The notes: generated by a model not told the origin, from the letters alone. A DNA stretch of 64,000 nt from Stenotrophomonas sp. (GCA_031987665.1 DALZZG010000003.1:45629-109628); one strand, 5' to 3'. Shown: positions 9,474 to 19,350, numbered from the stretch's first letter. Made by a program: numbers and translations.

Positions 9474-10088
9474 ATGGCCTTTACCCTGCCCAAGCTGCCT
9501 TACGCCTACGACGCGCTGGAACCGTACATGGATGCGGCCACGGTGGAGATCCACTACTCCAAGCACCACCAGACCTACGTCAACAACCTCAACGCGCTGG
9601 TTGAAGGCACCGAATATGCCGACATGCCGATCGACGAGCTGCTGCGCAAGGTCAAGACCCTGCCGGAAAACCTGCAGCAGGGCGTGCGCAACCAGGGTGG
9701 CGGCCACGGCAACCACTCGCTGTTCTGGGTGGTCATCGGCCCGAACGAAGGTGGCAAGCCCAGCGGTGAGCTGGCCAAGGCCATCGACGAGCAGCTCGGC
9801 GGCTTCGACAAGTTCAAGGAAGCCTTCACCAAGGCGGCGCTGGGCCAGTTCGGTTCCGGCTGGGCGTGGCTGAGCGTCACCGCCGACAAGAAGCTGCTGG
9901 TGGAGAAGAGCTCCAACCAGGAAAGCCCGCTGATGGACGGCCGCACCCCGGTGCTGACCATCGACGTGTGGGAACACGCCTACTACCTGAAGTTCCAGAA
10001 CCGTCGCGCCGAGTTCATCGAAACCTTCTACAACCTGATCAACTGGAAGGAAGTGGAGCGTCGTTATCAGGAAGCCATAGCTGCCTGA
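9474..10088 (+). CDS. sodA: Superoxide dismutase, Mn-type signature
   Basis: 'HYSKHHQTY', 'GGGHGNHSLFW', 'NQESP', 'DVWEHAYY'; GGH plus the NQ Gln favour the Mn form. Confidence 0.9.
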   Translation: MAFTLPKLPYAYDALEPYMDAATVEIHYSKHHQTYVNNLNALVEGTEYADMPIDELLRKVKTLPENLQQGVRNQGGGHGNHSLFWVVIGPNEGGKPSGELAKAIDEQLGGFDKFKEAFTKAALGQFGSGWAWLSVTADKKLLVEKSSNQESPLMDGRTPVLTIDVWEHAYYLKFQNRRAEFIETFYNLINWKEVERRYQEAIAA

Positions 10089-10147
10089 TTCCCGTGTCGG
10101 CACCGCCCATGGCGTGTGCCGGCAACCGGGTTGCCATTGATCGTTTC

Positions 10148-10185
10148 AATCAGAAAGCCGGGCCGCGAGGTCCGGCTTTCTGATT
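10148..10185. terminator. Bidirectional intrinsic terminator
   Basis: aatcagaaagccgg...ccggctttctgatt between convergent genes. Confidence 0.8.
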
Positions 10186-10208
10186 CCCGGAAGATGGGAA
10201 ACCGCGCG

Positions 10209-11024
10209 TCAGTTGCTTTCTTCAGCGCTCGGCAGTTCCACCATGCGCGAGATGCGCAGGGTCGCCATCACCCCCAGCGACAGGGGGCCGGCATCCGTGT
10301 CCGTGGCAGGCAGCTCGACGGCCTGCTGCTTGATGTCGGCGAAGCTGCGCACCTGGTAGAGCACGTCCATTCCGTGCTCCTTGCTCTCCTCACCCTTTGC
10401 GGTATTACGTTTGACCGATGGGTTGCGGCGTGACGGCTGGAAGCCCGGGAGCTGGCGCACCAGTTCGTCGGTGGTGGCGCTGAAATCCCCCACCACCAGC
10501 GAGGGCAGGCCTTCGCCGGTGGCATCCATCCACGAACGCAGGTCGGCCGCCTGATGCCCGCGCGCGATGGTGGAGCCGTCCGCCGGGCGCATGCTTGCGG
10601 TGTAGATGTTCAACCGGGCGCGCTGCAGCTGCAGCCGCTGCATGCCGGCGATGGCGGGCAGGTCGTCGCCATGCAGCAGGGTGATGCCGTCTTCCAGCGC
10701 CGACAGCCGGCTCAGCACCGCACTGCCACGCCGCAGCGGTTGGCTGGGGCGGTCGGCGGAGATGAAGTCACAACTGTAATTGAGCTTTCCACCCAGCCAG
10801 CACGCGGCATTGGGCGTGTTGGCCTGCTGTTCCACGTCCTGCACGACGATCACGTCCGGATGCAGCTGGCCCAGCAGCTGCACGATGCGCTCGCGCTCGT
10901 CGGCCCAACGGCCTTCGACGGCCGGCAGGCGCAGGCTGGCGACCTTGATGATCGGCGCGGCAGTAGGCTGCGCGAGCACCGAGAACGACAAGGCAAGCAA
11001 TCCGAAACAACCCCAACGCAACAT
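10209..11024 (-). CDS. Secreted endonuclease/exonuclease/phosphatase (EEP) family protein
   Basis: Signal peptide; 'PDVIVVQDV', 'GSAVLSRL', 'LVVGDFS'; several canonical catalytic residues diverged. Confidence 0.7.
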   Translation of the reverse strand: MLRWGCFGLLALSFSVLAQPTAAPIIKVASLRLPAVEGRWADERERIVQLLGQLHPDVIVVQDVEQQANTPNAACWLGGKLNYSCDFISADRPSQPLRRGSAVLSRLSALEDGITLLHGDDLPAIAGMQRLQLQRARLNIYTASMRPADGSTIARGHQAADLRSWMDATGEGLPSLVVGDFSATTDELVRQLPGFQPSRRNPSVKRNTAKGEESKEHGMDVLYQVRSFADIKQQAVELPATDTDAGPLSLGVMATLRISRMVELPSAEESN

Positions 11025-11182
11025 TGCAACGGCCCAGATGGACTGGTTGCCATGATATTCCGGTCGCTCGTCTAAAGGTCGTGCAGGGCCTGCTGTCTTG
11101 CCGTGAATGCGCAGTGGGGGGCGTCACGATCGCGGCATGATGGGTTACGCTTGCAACCTTTGTAACGACGGATCGCCTCCAG

Positions 11183-12751
11183 ATGACGACCAACGACGTG
11201 GCAGCAAGCCCGCAACCCAAAGCACGGATGCCCCGCCAGATCGGCTTCATCATCGGTAACGAGGCGTGCGAGCGCTTCAGCTTCTACGGAATGCGCAACA
11301 TCCTGGTGCAGTTCCTGATCACCTCGCTGCTGCTGCAGCAGGTGACGGCCGAAGGTCGGGCCGCCGAGGCCAAGGACATCATGCACAGCTTCATGATCGG
11401 CGTGTATTTCTTCCCGCTGCTCGGCGGCTGGCTGGCGGACCGCTTCTTCGGCAAGTACCACACCATTCTGTGGTTCAGCCTGATCTACTGCGCCGGCCAC
11501 CTGTGTCTTGCGCTGTTCGAGGACAGCCGCCAGGGCTTCTTCCTTGGTCTGGGCCTGATCGCGCTGGGTGCGGGCGGCATCAAGCCGTTGGTGGCCTCGT
11601 TCATGGGTGACCAGTTCGACCAGAGCAACAAGCAGCTGGCCAAGGTGGTGTTCGACGCCTTCTACTGGATCATCAACTTCGGGTCGCTGTTCGCCTCGCT
11701 GCTGATTCCGCTGGCGCTGAAGAACCTGGGCCCGCAGTGGGCGTTCGGCATCCCGGGCATTCTGATGTTCGTGGCCACGCTCGTGTTCTGGCTGGGTCGT
11801 AAGCGTTACGTGCTGGTGCCGCTGCCGCCCAAGGATCCGCATTCCTTCGGCAACGTGGTGCGTACCGCGCTGCTGGCCAAGGCACCGGGCCGTGGCAACC
11901 CGGGCCTGATCGTGGCGGTGCTGGGTCTGGTGCTGGCCGTGGCATCCTTCGCGCTGGTGCCGAGTCTGGGCATCGTGATCTGCCTGTGTCTTGCGCTGGT
12001 GGCGATCCTGGCCGGCGTCGGCGGCGGCACCATGCTGCAGCTGGACCGCGCCCGTGGCGTCCACCCGGAAGCGGCGGTGGAAGGCGTGCGCTCGGTGCTC
12101 AAGGTGCTGGTGATCTTCGCCCTGACCACGCCGTTCTTCTCGCTGTTCGACCAGAAGGCCTCGACCTGGGTGCTGCAGGGCCAGGAGATGAGCATGCCGA
12201 GCTGGTTCACCGCCTCGCAGATGCAGGCGCTGAATCCGCTGCTGGTGATGATCCTGATTCCGTTCAACAACCTGGTGCTGTACCCGGCGCTGCGCCGCTT
12301 CGGCTTCGAGCCCACCGCGCTGCGCCGCATGACAGCCGGCATCGCCTTCAGCGGCCTGGCCTGGATCGTGGTGGGCGGCCTGCAGGTGGTGATGGATGGT
12401 GGTGACGCACTGTCCATCTTCTGGCAGATCCTGCCGTATGCGCTGCTCACCTTCGGTGAGGTGCTGGTCTCGGCCACCGGTCTGGAGTTCGCCTACAGCC
12501 AGGCACCGGCCTCGATGAAGGGTGTGGTGATGAGCTTCTGGAACCTCACCACCACCATCGGCAACCTGTGGGTGCTGCTGTCCAACGCCGCGGTGCGCAA
12601 CCACGCTGTCACCGACCGCATCGCCAGCACCGGCCTGAGCGAGACCGCGTTCCTGATGTTCTTCTTCGCCGGCTTCGCCTTCGTCGCGGCACTGGCATTC
12701 GGCCTGTATGCACGCCGCTACAGGATGGTCGACAACTACCGGGCAGTCTGA
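11183..12751 (+). CDS. POT/PTR family oligopeptide:H+ symporter
   Basis: 'EACERFSFYG' ExxER motif, 'GGWLADRFFG', 'FYWIINFGS'. Confidence 0.95.
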   Translation: MTTNDVAASPQPKARMPRQIGFIIGNEACERFSFYGMRNILVQFLITSLLLQQVTAEGRAAEAKDIMHSFMIGVYFFPLLGGWLADRFFGKYHTILWFSLIYCAGHLCLALFEDSRQGFFLGLGLIALGAGGIKPLVASFMGDQFDQSNKQLAKVVFDAFYWIINFGSLFASLLIPLALKNLGPQWAFGIPGILMFVATLVFWLGRKRYVLVPLPPKDPHSFGNVVRTALLAKAPGRGNPGLIVAVLGLVLAVASFALVPSLGIVICLCLALVAILAGVGGGTMLQLDRARGVHPEAAVEGVRSVLKVLVIFALTTPFFSLFDQKASTWVLQGQEMSMPSWFTASQMQALNPLLVMILIPFNNLVLYPALRRFGFEPTALRRMTAGIAFSGLAWIVVGGLQVVMDGGDALSIFWQILPYALLTFGEVLVSATGLEFAYSQAPASMKGVVMSFWNLTTTIGNLWVLLSNAAVRNHAVTDRIASTGLSETAFLMFFFAGFAFVAALAFGLYARRYRMVDNYRAV

Positions 12752-13377
12752 TGAAGCTTGAAGGACCGATCACGCTTGTCCTGATCGCCGTCACCGTGCT
12801 GGTGTCGTGGATGGCGTTCAACAACCGCAAACTGCTGGACAGGCTGATCCTGTGGCCGCCTGCGGTGGACCGCCACAGGCAGTACGACCGGCTGGTGACC
12901 TACGGCTTCATCCACGCCGATTTCGCCCACCTGCTGTTCAACATGGTCACGCTGTTCTTCTTCGGCCAGGCCATTGAACGGCTGATGCTGGGGATGACAG
13001 GGCAGGTGTGGGTATACCCGGTGTTCTATGTGTCGGCGCTGGTGGTCTCGATCCTGCCCAGCTACCTGAAGAACCAGAAGAACCCCAACTACCTGAGCCT
13101 GGGCGCTTCGGGCGCGGTGTCGGCGATCCTGTTCGCCTACATCCTGGTCTCGCCATGGACGCTGATCCTCGTGTTCTTCATCCCGGCCCCGGCTATCCTG
13201 TATGCCGTGTTCTACGTGGGCTACAGCATCTGGATGGACAAGAAAGGCGCGGACAACGTCAACCACAGCGCGCATCTGGCCGGTGCCGCCTATGGCGTGA
13301 TGTTCATGCTGTTCATGGAGCCGGACCTGCTGCAGCACTTCGTGCAGGCCGTGATGAATCCCAGCTTCGGGCGCTGA
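12751..13377 (+). CDS. Rhomboid intramembrane serine protease
   Basis: 'HLLFNM', 'GASGA', 'AHLAGA'; ATG overlaps the upstream TGA. Confidence 0.93.
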   Translation: MKLEGPITLVLIAVTVLVSWMAFNNRKLLDRLILWPPAVDRHRQYDRLVTYGFIHADFAHLLFNMVTLFFFGQAIERLMLGMTGQVWVYPVFYVSALVVSILPSYLKNQKNPNYLSLGASGAVSAILFAYILVSPWTLILVFFIPAPAILYAVFYVGYSIWMDKKGADNVNHSAHLAGAAYGVMFMLFMEPDLLQHFVQAVMNPSFGR

Positions 13378-13545
13378 GGCACCGCGGGAGGGCGGTTGGC
13401 GCCAGCGCAGATGGCCGGGCGGGCGTCATTGTGACGCCGGAGGATGTTTTACGCGGGTGGAGCGTAGCGGCAGGCGCGCTGCCCGGCTGACGCCCCTGTG
13501 GCTCCCGTTGAGGGCAGGGCGGCAGCGGCAGGCCGGTGGTGCGGC

Positions 13546-13713
13546 TCAGCTCGCGCTGGGCTCGTAGGTGGCCAGCAGGCGGGTGTAGACCTCGCTGTCG
13601 ATCTTCTCGAAGTCGTTGCTCGCGGTTTCGCCGGTGACGGTCAGCTGGAACAGGCCTTCCAGCAGGGTGGCGTCGTGGTCGTTGCTCGGGATGGCGCGTT
13701 CAAGGTCAAGCAT
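13546..13713 (-). CDS. Small acidic hypothetical protein (55 aa), not in ORF track
   Basis: Hand-translated MLDLERAIPSNDHDATLLEGLFQLTVTGETASNDFEKIDSEVYTRLLATYEPSAS*; host-like GC3 codons. Confidence 0.65.
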   Translation of the reverse strand: MLDLERAIPSNDHDATLLEGLFQLTVTGETASNDFEKIDSEVYTRLLATYEPSAS

Positions 13714-13912
13714 GGGAATTCAGCTAGAGTCTGACAGTTGCTTGGATGGACGCAAAAGCCGTGCCAGCTTTTCTGGCGTTGGATCACGCTCTGGATGACA
13801 CCGCCGTCATTTTTCACGTCGGAAAGTGACGCGACACGGCGTAAGGTCTGTCCAAATGCCGTCATCACAGTTTTTCGCGTCAAAAATCCGTCGGAACCTG
13901 AAGGAGATGCAG

Positions 13913-14206
13913 ATGAGCGCAGTTGACCAGGGTGGTGTGTCGATCCAGCACGATGCGGCTGGCCACAGTTTCTTCACCGAGGTGGATGGCCACCGCGCGG
14001 TGCTCGACTACGAGCTGGAGAACGGCACGATGGTCATCACCCATACCGGCGTGCCCGAGGCTATCGGTGGCCGTGGCATCGCCGCATCGCTGACCCGCTT
14101 CGCGCTGGATCATGCACGCAGCGCGGGCTGGAAAGTGGTGCCGGCCTGTACCTACGCGGCCAGCTATATCCAGCGTCATGGCGAATATACAGACCTGCTG
14201 GGATAA
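13913..14206 (+). CDS. Small GNAT family acetyltransferase (YjdJ-like)
   Basis: 'ITHTGVPEAIGGRGIA', 'VVPACTY'; AAGGAG RBS. Confidence 0.9.
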   Translation: MSAVDQGGVSIQHDAAGHSFFTEVDGHRAVLDYELENGTMVITHTGVPEAIGGRGIAASLTRFALDHARSAGWKVVPACTYAASYIQRHGEYTDLLG

Positions 14207-14260
14207 TCCGGGGTGTTGGGCCGCCATCGAGGGCAGCCCTATTCCGAGGAAAAGAAGGGC

Positions 14261-15097
14261 ATGAACAGGTTTGTGCAGGGCGCGTGTGGTGCGGCGGTGG
14301 TGTTGGTGGCGTTGGCAGGGTGCAAGCGCGATGACGGCCAGCAGCCGGCCGCGCCGGCAGCGGCACCGCAGGAACAGGCGGCAGCTCCGACGGAGCAGGC
14401 CGCTGCTCCGGTGGAAATGAAGGATGTCGTCGAGAACACGCCCAGCTATGTCATCGGCATCAGCTACCCGCCCGCCGCCGCCAAGTATCCGGGCCTGGCC
14501 CAGGAGCTGGCCAGCTATGCCGAGCATGCCAAGGCCGAACTGCTGAAGGCCGTGGCCGCGCTGGGCAATGACAAGCCGACCGCGCCCTACGAACTGTCGC
14601 TGGCCTTCGACATGCAGGTGGATACGCCGAAGGTGGTGGCGGTGTCCGCTGATGGCAGCAGCTATACCGGGGGTGCCCATGGGCAGCCGCTGGTGGCCCG
14701 TTTCGTGTGGCTGCCGGAGCAGCAGAAGCTGCTGCGCGCCGAAGACCTGATCACTTCCGGGAAAGGCTGGAAGGCCATCAGCGATTTCGCCGAGGACAAG
14801 CTGCTGGAGCAGGCCACCGTGCGTGCGCAGGGCGAGGACATGGCACCTGAGGAGCAGCAGGCCCAGGTGCGCAATCTGTCCAAGATGATCGACGAAGGCA
14901 CCGCGCCGGATGCGGCCAACTTCTCCGAATTCCAGCCGGTGATGGATGCCTCCGGCCACATCACCGCACTGCGTTTCGTGTTCGGGCCGTATCAGGTCGG
15001 GCCGTATTCCGATGGTACGCAGAGCGTGGAAATGCCGGCGTCGGCGTTGCTGCCGTACGTGGCCGCCGAGTACCAGGGGCTGTTCGCCGCGCAGTGA
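14261..15097 (+). CDS. DUF3298/DUF4163 (RsiV-like) lipoprotein
   Basis: Lipobox LAGC; 'SYTGGAHG', 'FGPYQVGPYSDG'. Confidence 0.85.
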   Translation: MNRFVQGACGAAVVLVALAGCKRDDGQQPAAPAAAPQEQAAAPTEQAAAPVEMKDVVENTPSYVIGISYPPAAAKYPGLAQELASYAEHAKAELLKAVAALGNDKPTAPYELSLAFDMQVDTPKVVAVSADGSSYTGGAHGQPLVARFVWLPEQQKLLRAEDLITSGKGWKAISDFAEDKLLEQATVRAQGEDMAPEEQQAQVRNLSKMIDEGTAPDAANFSEFQPVMDASGHITALRFVFGPYQVGPYSDGTQSVEMPASALLPYVAAEYQGLFAAQ

Positions 15098-15115
15098 TCC
15101 CATAGGGAGCCAGCG

Positions 15116-16231
15116 ATGGATGCAGGACTGCAACGACGTGTCGAAGCATTGCTGCAGGAAGCGGGCGTCACCCCTGGCGGAAAGCGCCCGCAGGACATCC
15201 AGATCCTCGACCCGCGCTTTTATGCGCGGGTACTGGCCAATGGCTCGCGCGGTCTCGGCGAGAGCTACATGGATGGCTGGTGGCAGGCCAATGCGCTGGA
15301 TGAATTTCTCGTCCACCTGCTGCAGGCGCGGCTGGACGAGCGCGTACACGGCAACGGCGAAATCTGGGATGCCTTCAAGGCCAAACTGTTCAACCTGCAG
15401 GCCGGGCAGGGCAGTTACGAAGTAGGGCGCCGCCACTACGATCTGGGTAACGACCTGTACCGCGCCATGCTCGGCAAGCGGCTGGTCTACAGCTGCGGCT
15501 ATTGGTGCGATGCCGACAATCTCGATGATGCGCAGGAAGCCAAGCTCGACCTGATCTGCCGCAAGCTGCAGTTGCGGCCCGGCATGCGTGTGCTGGATAT
15601 AGGCTGTGGCTGGGGCGAGGCGTTGAGGTTCGCGGCTGAGCGTTATGGCGTGGAAGGTGTGGGCGTCACCATCTCCGCCGAGCAGGCCGAGCTGGCGCGC
15701 GAACTCTGCGCGGGTCTGCCGGTGGAAATCCGCATGCAGGACTACCGCGAGCTGGACGAGCCGTTCGACGCGGTGCTGTCGGTCGGCATGTTCGAGCATG
15801 TCGGTGTCAAGAACTACCGCACGTACTTCGAGACCGCGCGGCGCTGCCTGGGCGAGCAGGGCTTGTTCCTGCTCCACAGCATCGGCAGCAACATCAGTCG
15901 CGAGCGCACCGACCCGTGGATCGCGCGCTACATCTTCCCCAATTCCATGCTGCCATCCGCCGCGCAGATCACCACCGCGATGGAAGGCGTGTTCGTGCTG
16001 GAAGACTGGCACAACTTCGGCCCCGACTACGACCGCACCCTTCAGGCATGGCGGGACAACGTGGAGGCAGCCTGGGAACACCTGGACCCGCGTTACGACG
16101 AGCACTTCCGGCGCATGTGGCGCTTCTATCTGGCGGGCTCGATGGCGACGTTCCGCACGCGCCATTCACAGCTGTGGCAGCTGGTGCTGTCACCGCGCGG
16201 CGTGCCGGGTGGGTATGTGGTGCCGCGTTGA
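15116..16231 (+). CDS. cfa: Cyclopropane-fatty-acyl-phospholipid synthase
   Basis: 'GLGESYMDGWW', 'HYDLGNDLY', 'YSCGYW', 'VLDIGCGWG', 'YIFP'. Confidence 0.95.
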   Translation: MDAGLQRRVEALLQEAGVTPGGKRPQDIQILDPRFYARVLANGSRGLGESYMDGWWQANALDEFLVHLLQARLDERVHGNGEIWDAFKAKLFNLQAGQGSYEVGRRHYDLGNDLYRAMLGKRLVYSCGYWCDADNLDDAQEAKLDLICRKLQLRPGMRVLDIGCGWGEALRFAAERYGVEGVGVTISAEQAELARELCAGLPVEIRMQDYRELDEPFDAVLSVGMFEHVGVKNYRTYFETARRCLGEQGLFLLHSIGSNISRERTDPWIARYIFPNSMLPSAAQITTAMEGVFVLEDWHNFGPDYDRTLQAWRDNVEAAWEHLDPRYDEHFRRMWRFYLAGSMATFRTRHSQLWQLVLSPRGVPGGYVVPR

Positions 16232-16243
16232 GTTTCAAGCCGG

Positions 16244-16349
16244 CCCTCACCCCAACCCCTCTCCCGTAAACGGGAGAGGGGCTTTGAGCGCAACGTCGCA
16301 CTGGCGTGAGCCCTTCTCCCGTTTACGGGAGAGGGGTTGGGGTGAGGGG
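16244..16349. repeat. Inverted pair of CCCTCTCCC-type palindromic repeats
   Basis: ccctcaccccaacccctctcccgtaaacgggagagggg and its reverse complement. Confidence 0.85.
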
Positions 16350-16376
16350 AAGGCTTCAACCAGCACCCTCCAAAAA

Positions 16377-16406
16377 GAAAACGCCCGGCTTCCACCGGGC
16401 GTTTTC
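16377..16406. terminator. Bidirectional intrinsic terminator
   Basis: gaaaacgcccgg-cttcca-ccgggcgttttc. Confidence 0.8.
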
Positions 16407-16435
16407 CTCACATCCACCGCATCAGCAGCAGGAGC

Positions 16436-18607
16436 TTACTTGCCACCCTCGGCGGTGGTCAGGCCACGCTTCTCCAGCAGCGGCTCGATCTGCGGATCGT
16501 GGCCGGCGAAGTTGCGGAACAGCTCCATCGCATCGACGCTGCCGCCCTTGGACAGCAGTGTCTCGCGGAAGCGGTCACCGTTGGCGCGCGACAGGCCACC
16601 GTTCTCGCGGAACCACTTCTGCGTGTTGGCGTCCAGTACCTCGGACCAGATGTAGGCGTAATAGCCTGCCGAATAGCCGCTCATGATGTGGCTGAAGTAC
16701 GGGGTCTTGTAACGCGGCGGCACCGGCGCGTAGTAGATGCCGTCCTTCACCAGCGCCGCGTGCTCGAACTTCATCACGTCGTTGGGCGACGGGACTTCGC
16801 TCACGCCGATCTGGTGCCAGTTCTGGTCCAGCATCGCCGCACCCAGATACTCGGTGGTGGCGAAGCCCTGGTTGAACTTGGACGCGGCAATCACCTTGTC
16901 CAGCAGCGCCTGCGGCATCGCCGAGCCGTTCTGGTAGTGCTTGGCGTAGTTGGCCAGGATGGTCGGCTCGTCGGACCACATCTCGTTGACCTGCGACGGG
17001 AACTCCACGAAGTCACGCGGCACGGCGGTGCCGGAGAAGTACGGGTACTTCACGTTCGAGAACATGCCATGCAGCGCGTGGCCGAACTCGTGGAAGGTGG
17101 TGGTCACTTCGTCCCAGGTCAGCAGGGTCGGCTTGCCTGCCGGCGGCTTGGGAATGTTGAGGTGGTTGGCCACCACCGGCTTGTTGCCGGTCAGTGCCGA
17201 CTGCGACACGTAGGAGTTCATCCATGCGCCACCGCGCTTGGACTGGCGTGCATACGGGTCGAAGATGAAGATCGCCAGCTGGCTGCCGTCGGCGTCGAAC
17301 ACGTCGTAGACGGTGACGTCGTCGTGGTACACCGGCAGGTCGGTGCGCTGCTTGAAGCTCAGGCCGAATTCCTTGCCGGCGGCAAAGAACACGCCGTTCT
17401 CCAGCACGTTCTTCAGCTCGAAATACGGCTTGAGCTGCGACTCGTCGAAGTTGTACTTGGCCTGGCGGACCTTCTCGCTGTAGAAGGCCCAATCCCACGG
17501 CTGCAGCTCGAAGGTCGCCTTGCCGGCGGCCTTCTGCTCGGCATCGATCATCGCCTGCAGGTCGGCAGCCTCGCGCTTGGCGTTGGCCACCGCGGCCGGA
17601 GCCAGCTGGCCCAGCATCGCGTTGACCGCTTCCGGCGTCTTGGCGGTCTGGTTGCCCAGCGAGTAGGCGGCGAAATTCGGGAAGCCCATCAGCGCGGCCT
17701 TTTCGGCACGCAGGGTCATGATGCGCGAGACCAGCGCGGTGTTGTCGTACTCGCCACCCTTGCTGCCGCGTGCCACGGATGCCTCGTAGATGTTCTGGCG
17801 CAGCTCGCGGTTGGTCAGGTTGGTCAGCGCCGGCTGGCCGGTGGTGTTGAGCAGGGCGATCACGTACTTGCCGTCCAGCTTGCGTGCCTTGGCGGCTTCG
17901 GCGGCAGCGGCGATCTGCTCTTCGGACAGGCCATCGAGCTGCTTGACGTCATCGACCACGATGAACGAACCGTTGACCTCGTTGAGCACGTTCTGGCTGA
18001 ACTTGGTGCCCAGGTTGGCCAGCTCGGCGTTCATTTCCTTCAGCTTGGCCTTGTCGGCGTCGGACAGCTTGGCGCCGGCGCGGACGAAGTTGTCGTAGTA
18101 CTTCTCGACCAGACGCAGACCTTCGGCATCCAGGCCCAGCTTGGCGCGGTTGTTGTACAGCGTCTCGATGCGCTGGAACAGGGCGCCGTTGAGGTTGATG
18201 GCATCGCTGTGCGCGGCGAACTTGGCCGAGTAGTCAGCCTGCAGCTTCTTGCGCGCATCGTTGGTGTCCGCACCGCTGAGCGAGAAGAACACGGTGGTGG
18301 CCCGGTCCAGGATGTCGCCACTCTTTTCCAGTGCGATCAGGGTGTTCTCGAAGGTCGGCGCCGAACGCTGGTTGGCGATGGCGGCCACTTCCTTCAGCTG
18401 CTGCGCCATGCCGGCGTCGAAGGCCGGGGCGAAGTCGCTGTCCTTGATCTTGTCGAACTGCGGGTAGTGCAGCGGCAGCGTGCTTTCGGCGAAGAACGGG
18501 TTGGCCTGTTGTGCCGCGGTGGGGCTGGCGGCGTTTGCGGTCACGCTGTAGGCCGGCAGGGCGAGGCCCAGGGTCGCGGCGAGGGCAAGGGCGAGGCGGG
18601 TGTTCAA
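16436..18607 (-). CDS. dcp: M3 family peptidyl-dipeptidase (Dcp) with signal peptide
   Basis: 'HEFGHALH', 'DFVEFPSQ', 'GYSAGYYAYIW'; probable TTG start before the signal peptide. Confidence 0.92.
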   Translation of the reverse strand: MNTRLALALAATLGLALPAYSVTANAASPTAAQQANPFFAESTLPLHYPQFDKIKDSDFAPAFDAGMAQQLKEVAAIANQRSAPTFENTLIALEKSGDILDRATTVFFSLSGADTNDARKKLQADYSAKFAAHSDAINLNGALFQRIETLYNNRAKLGLDAEGLRLVEKYYDNFVRAGAKLSDADKAKLKEMNAELANLGTKFSQNVLNEVNGSFIVVDDVKQLDGLSEEQIAAAAEAAKARKLDGKYVIALLNTTGQPALTNLTNRELRQNIYEASVARGSKGGEYDNTALVSRIMTLRAEKAALMGFPNFAAYSLGNQTAKTPEAVNAMLGQLAPAAVANAKREAADLQAMIDAEQKAAGKATFELQPWDWAFYSEKVRQAKYNFDESQLKPYFELKNVLENGVFFAAGKEFGLSFKQRTDLPVYHDDVTVYDVFDADGSQLAIFIFDPYARQSKRGGAWMNSYVSQSALTGNKPVVANHLNIPKPPAGKPTLLTWDEVTTTFHEFGHALHGMFSNVKYPYFSGTAVPRDFVEFPSQVNEMWSDEPTILANYAKHYQNGSAMPQALLDKVIAASKFNQGFATTEYLGAAMLDQNWHQIGVSEVPSPNDVMKFEHAALVKDGIYYAPVPPRYKTPYFSHIMSGYSAGYYAYIWSEVLDANTQKWFRENGGLSRANGDRFRETLLSKGGSVDAMELFRNFAGHDPQIEPLLEKRGLTTAEGGK

Positions 18608-18743
18608 GTCGGAAGCTCCGGGAAAAATACTGAACCCGAAGGGTAACCCGTGGCAGCGGCCCGGGGGTGTGCCGAACGGCATGGACACCCCAGCCCGTTC
18701 CCGATGCCGTAGGCTGGACGCCCTGTTGCCGGAGCCCGCCACC

Positions 18744-19229
18744 ATGACATCCGCTTACGATTTCCAGACCACGTCACTGGATGGCCAGCCACTGGACCTG
18801 GCCGACTTCCGTGGCAAAGCGCTGCTGGTCGTGAACACGGCCTCCAAGTGTGGCTTCACCCCCCAGTACGAGGGGCTGGAGCAGCTCTGGCAGACCTACG
18901 GGCCGCAGGGGCTGGTGGTGCTGGGCTTCCCCTGCGACCAGTTCGGCCACCAGGAACCGGGCGATGCCGGCGACATCAGCAGCTTCTGCAGTCTGAATTA
19001 CGGTGTGAGCTTCCCGATGTCCGCCAAGGTGGAGGTCAACGGCGCCGACGCCCATCCGCTGTGGCAGTGGCTGAAGGCCCACAAGCGCGGCGCGTTGGGC
19101 ATCGCCGCGATCAAATGGAACTTCAGCAAGTTCCTGATCGGCCGCGAAGGCCAAGTGATCGAGCGCTACGCGCCTTCGACCAGGCCGGAGGCGCTGGAGG
19201 GGGATATCCGTGCGGCGCTGGGCGACTAG
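18744..19229 (+). CDS. Glutathione peroxidase (Cys type)
   Basis: 'VNTASKCGFTPQY', 'FPCDQFGHQE', 'WNFSKFL'. Confidence 0.95.
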   Translation: MTSAYDFQTTSLDGQPLDLADFRGKALLVVNTASKCGFTPQYEGLEQLWQTYGPQGLVVLGFPCDQFGHQEPGDAGDISSFCSLNYGVSFPMSAKVEVNGADAHPLWQWLKAHKRGALGIAAIKWNFSKFLIGREGQVIERYAPSTRPEALEGDIRAALGD

Positions 19230-19350
19230 CTTCACTGCATTGCGGGGTTCCTGTTGTGTCGTCGTTTGAGCGAGCCACAAACGACAACGGCCAGAGGTGG
19301 AGTCTGGCCGTTGCATGCGCATTGCCTGGTCAGGCAGCGCGCCCGTCGCA

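Noticed and set aside
13745..13780. GGACGCAAAAGCC resembling a c-di-GMP-I riboswitch core
   Set aside because: The upstream GGCAAA/GNRA P2 hairpin and P1 stem are not present
16499..18646. Long antisense ORFs (715 aa here; also 20365-22500, 13880-16165, 5220-7340, 23756-25723)
   Set aside because: Shadow frames opposite well-supported genes, as expected from high-GC codon bias; no recognisable motifs
19230..19350. Double hairpin as ncRNA (similar ACGACAACGG element at 47404-47440)
   Set aside because: Adequately explained as terminator hairpins; no promoter evidence
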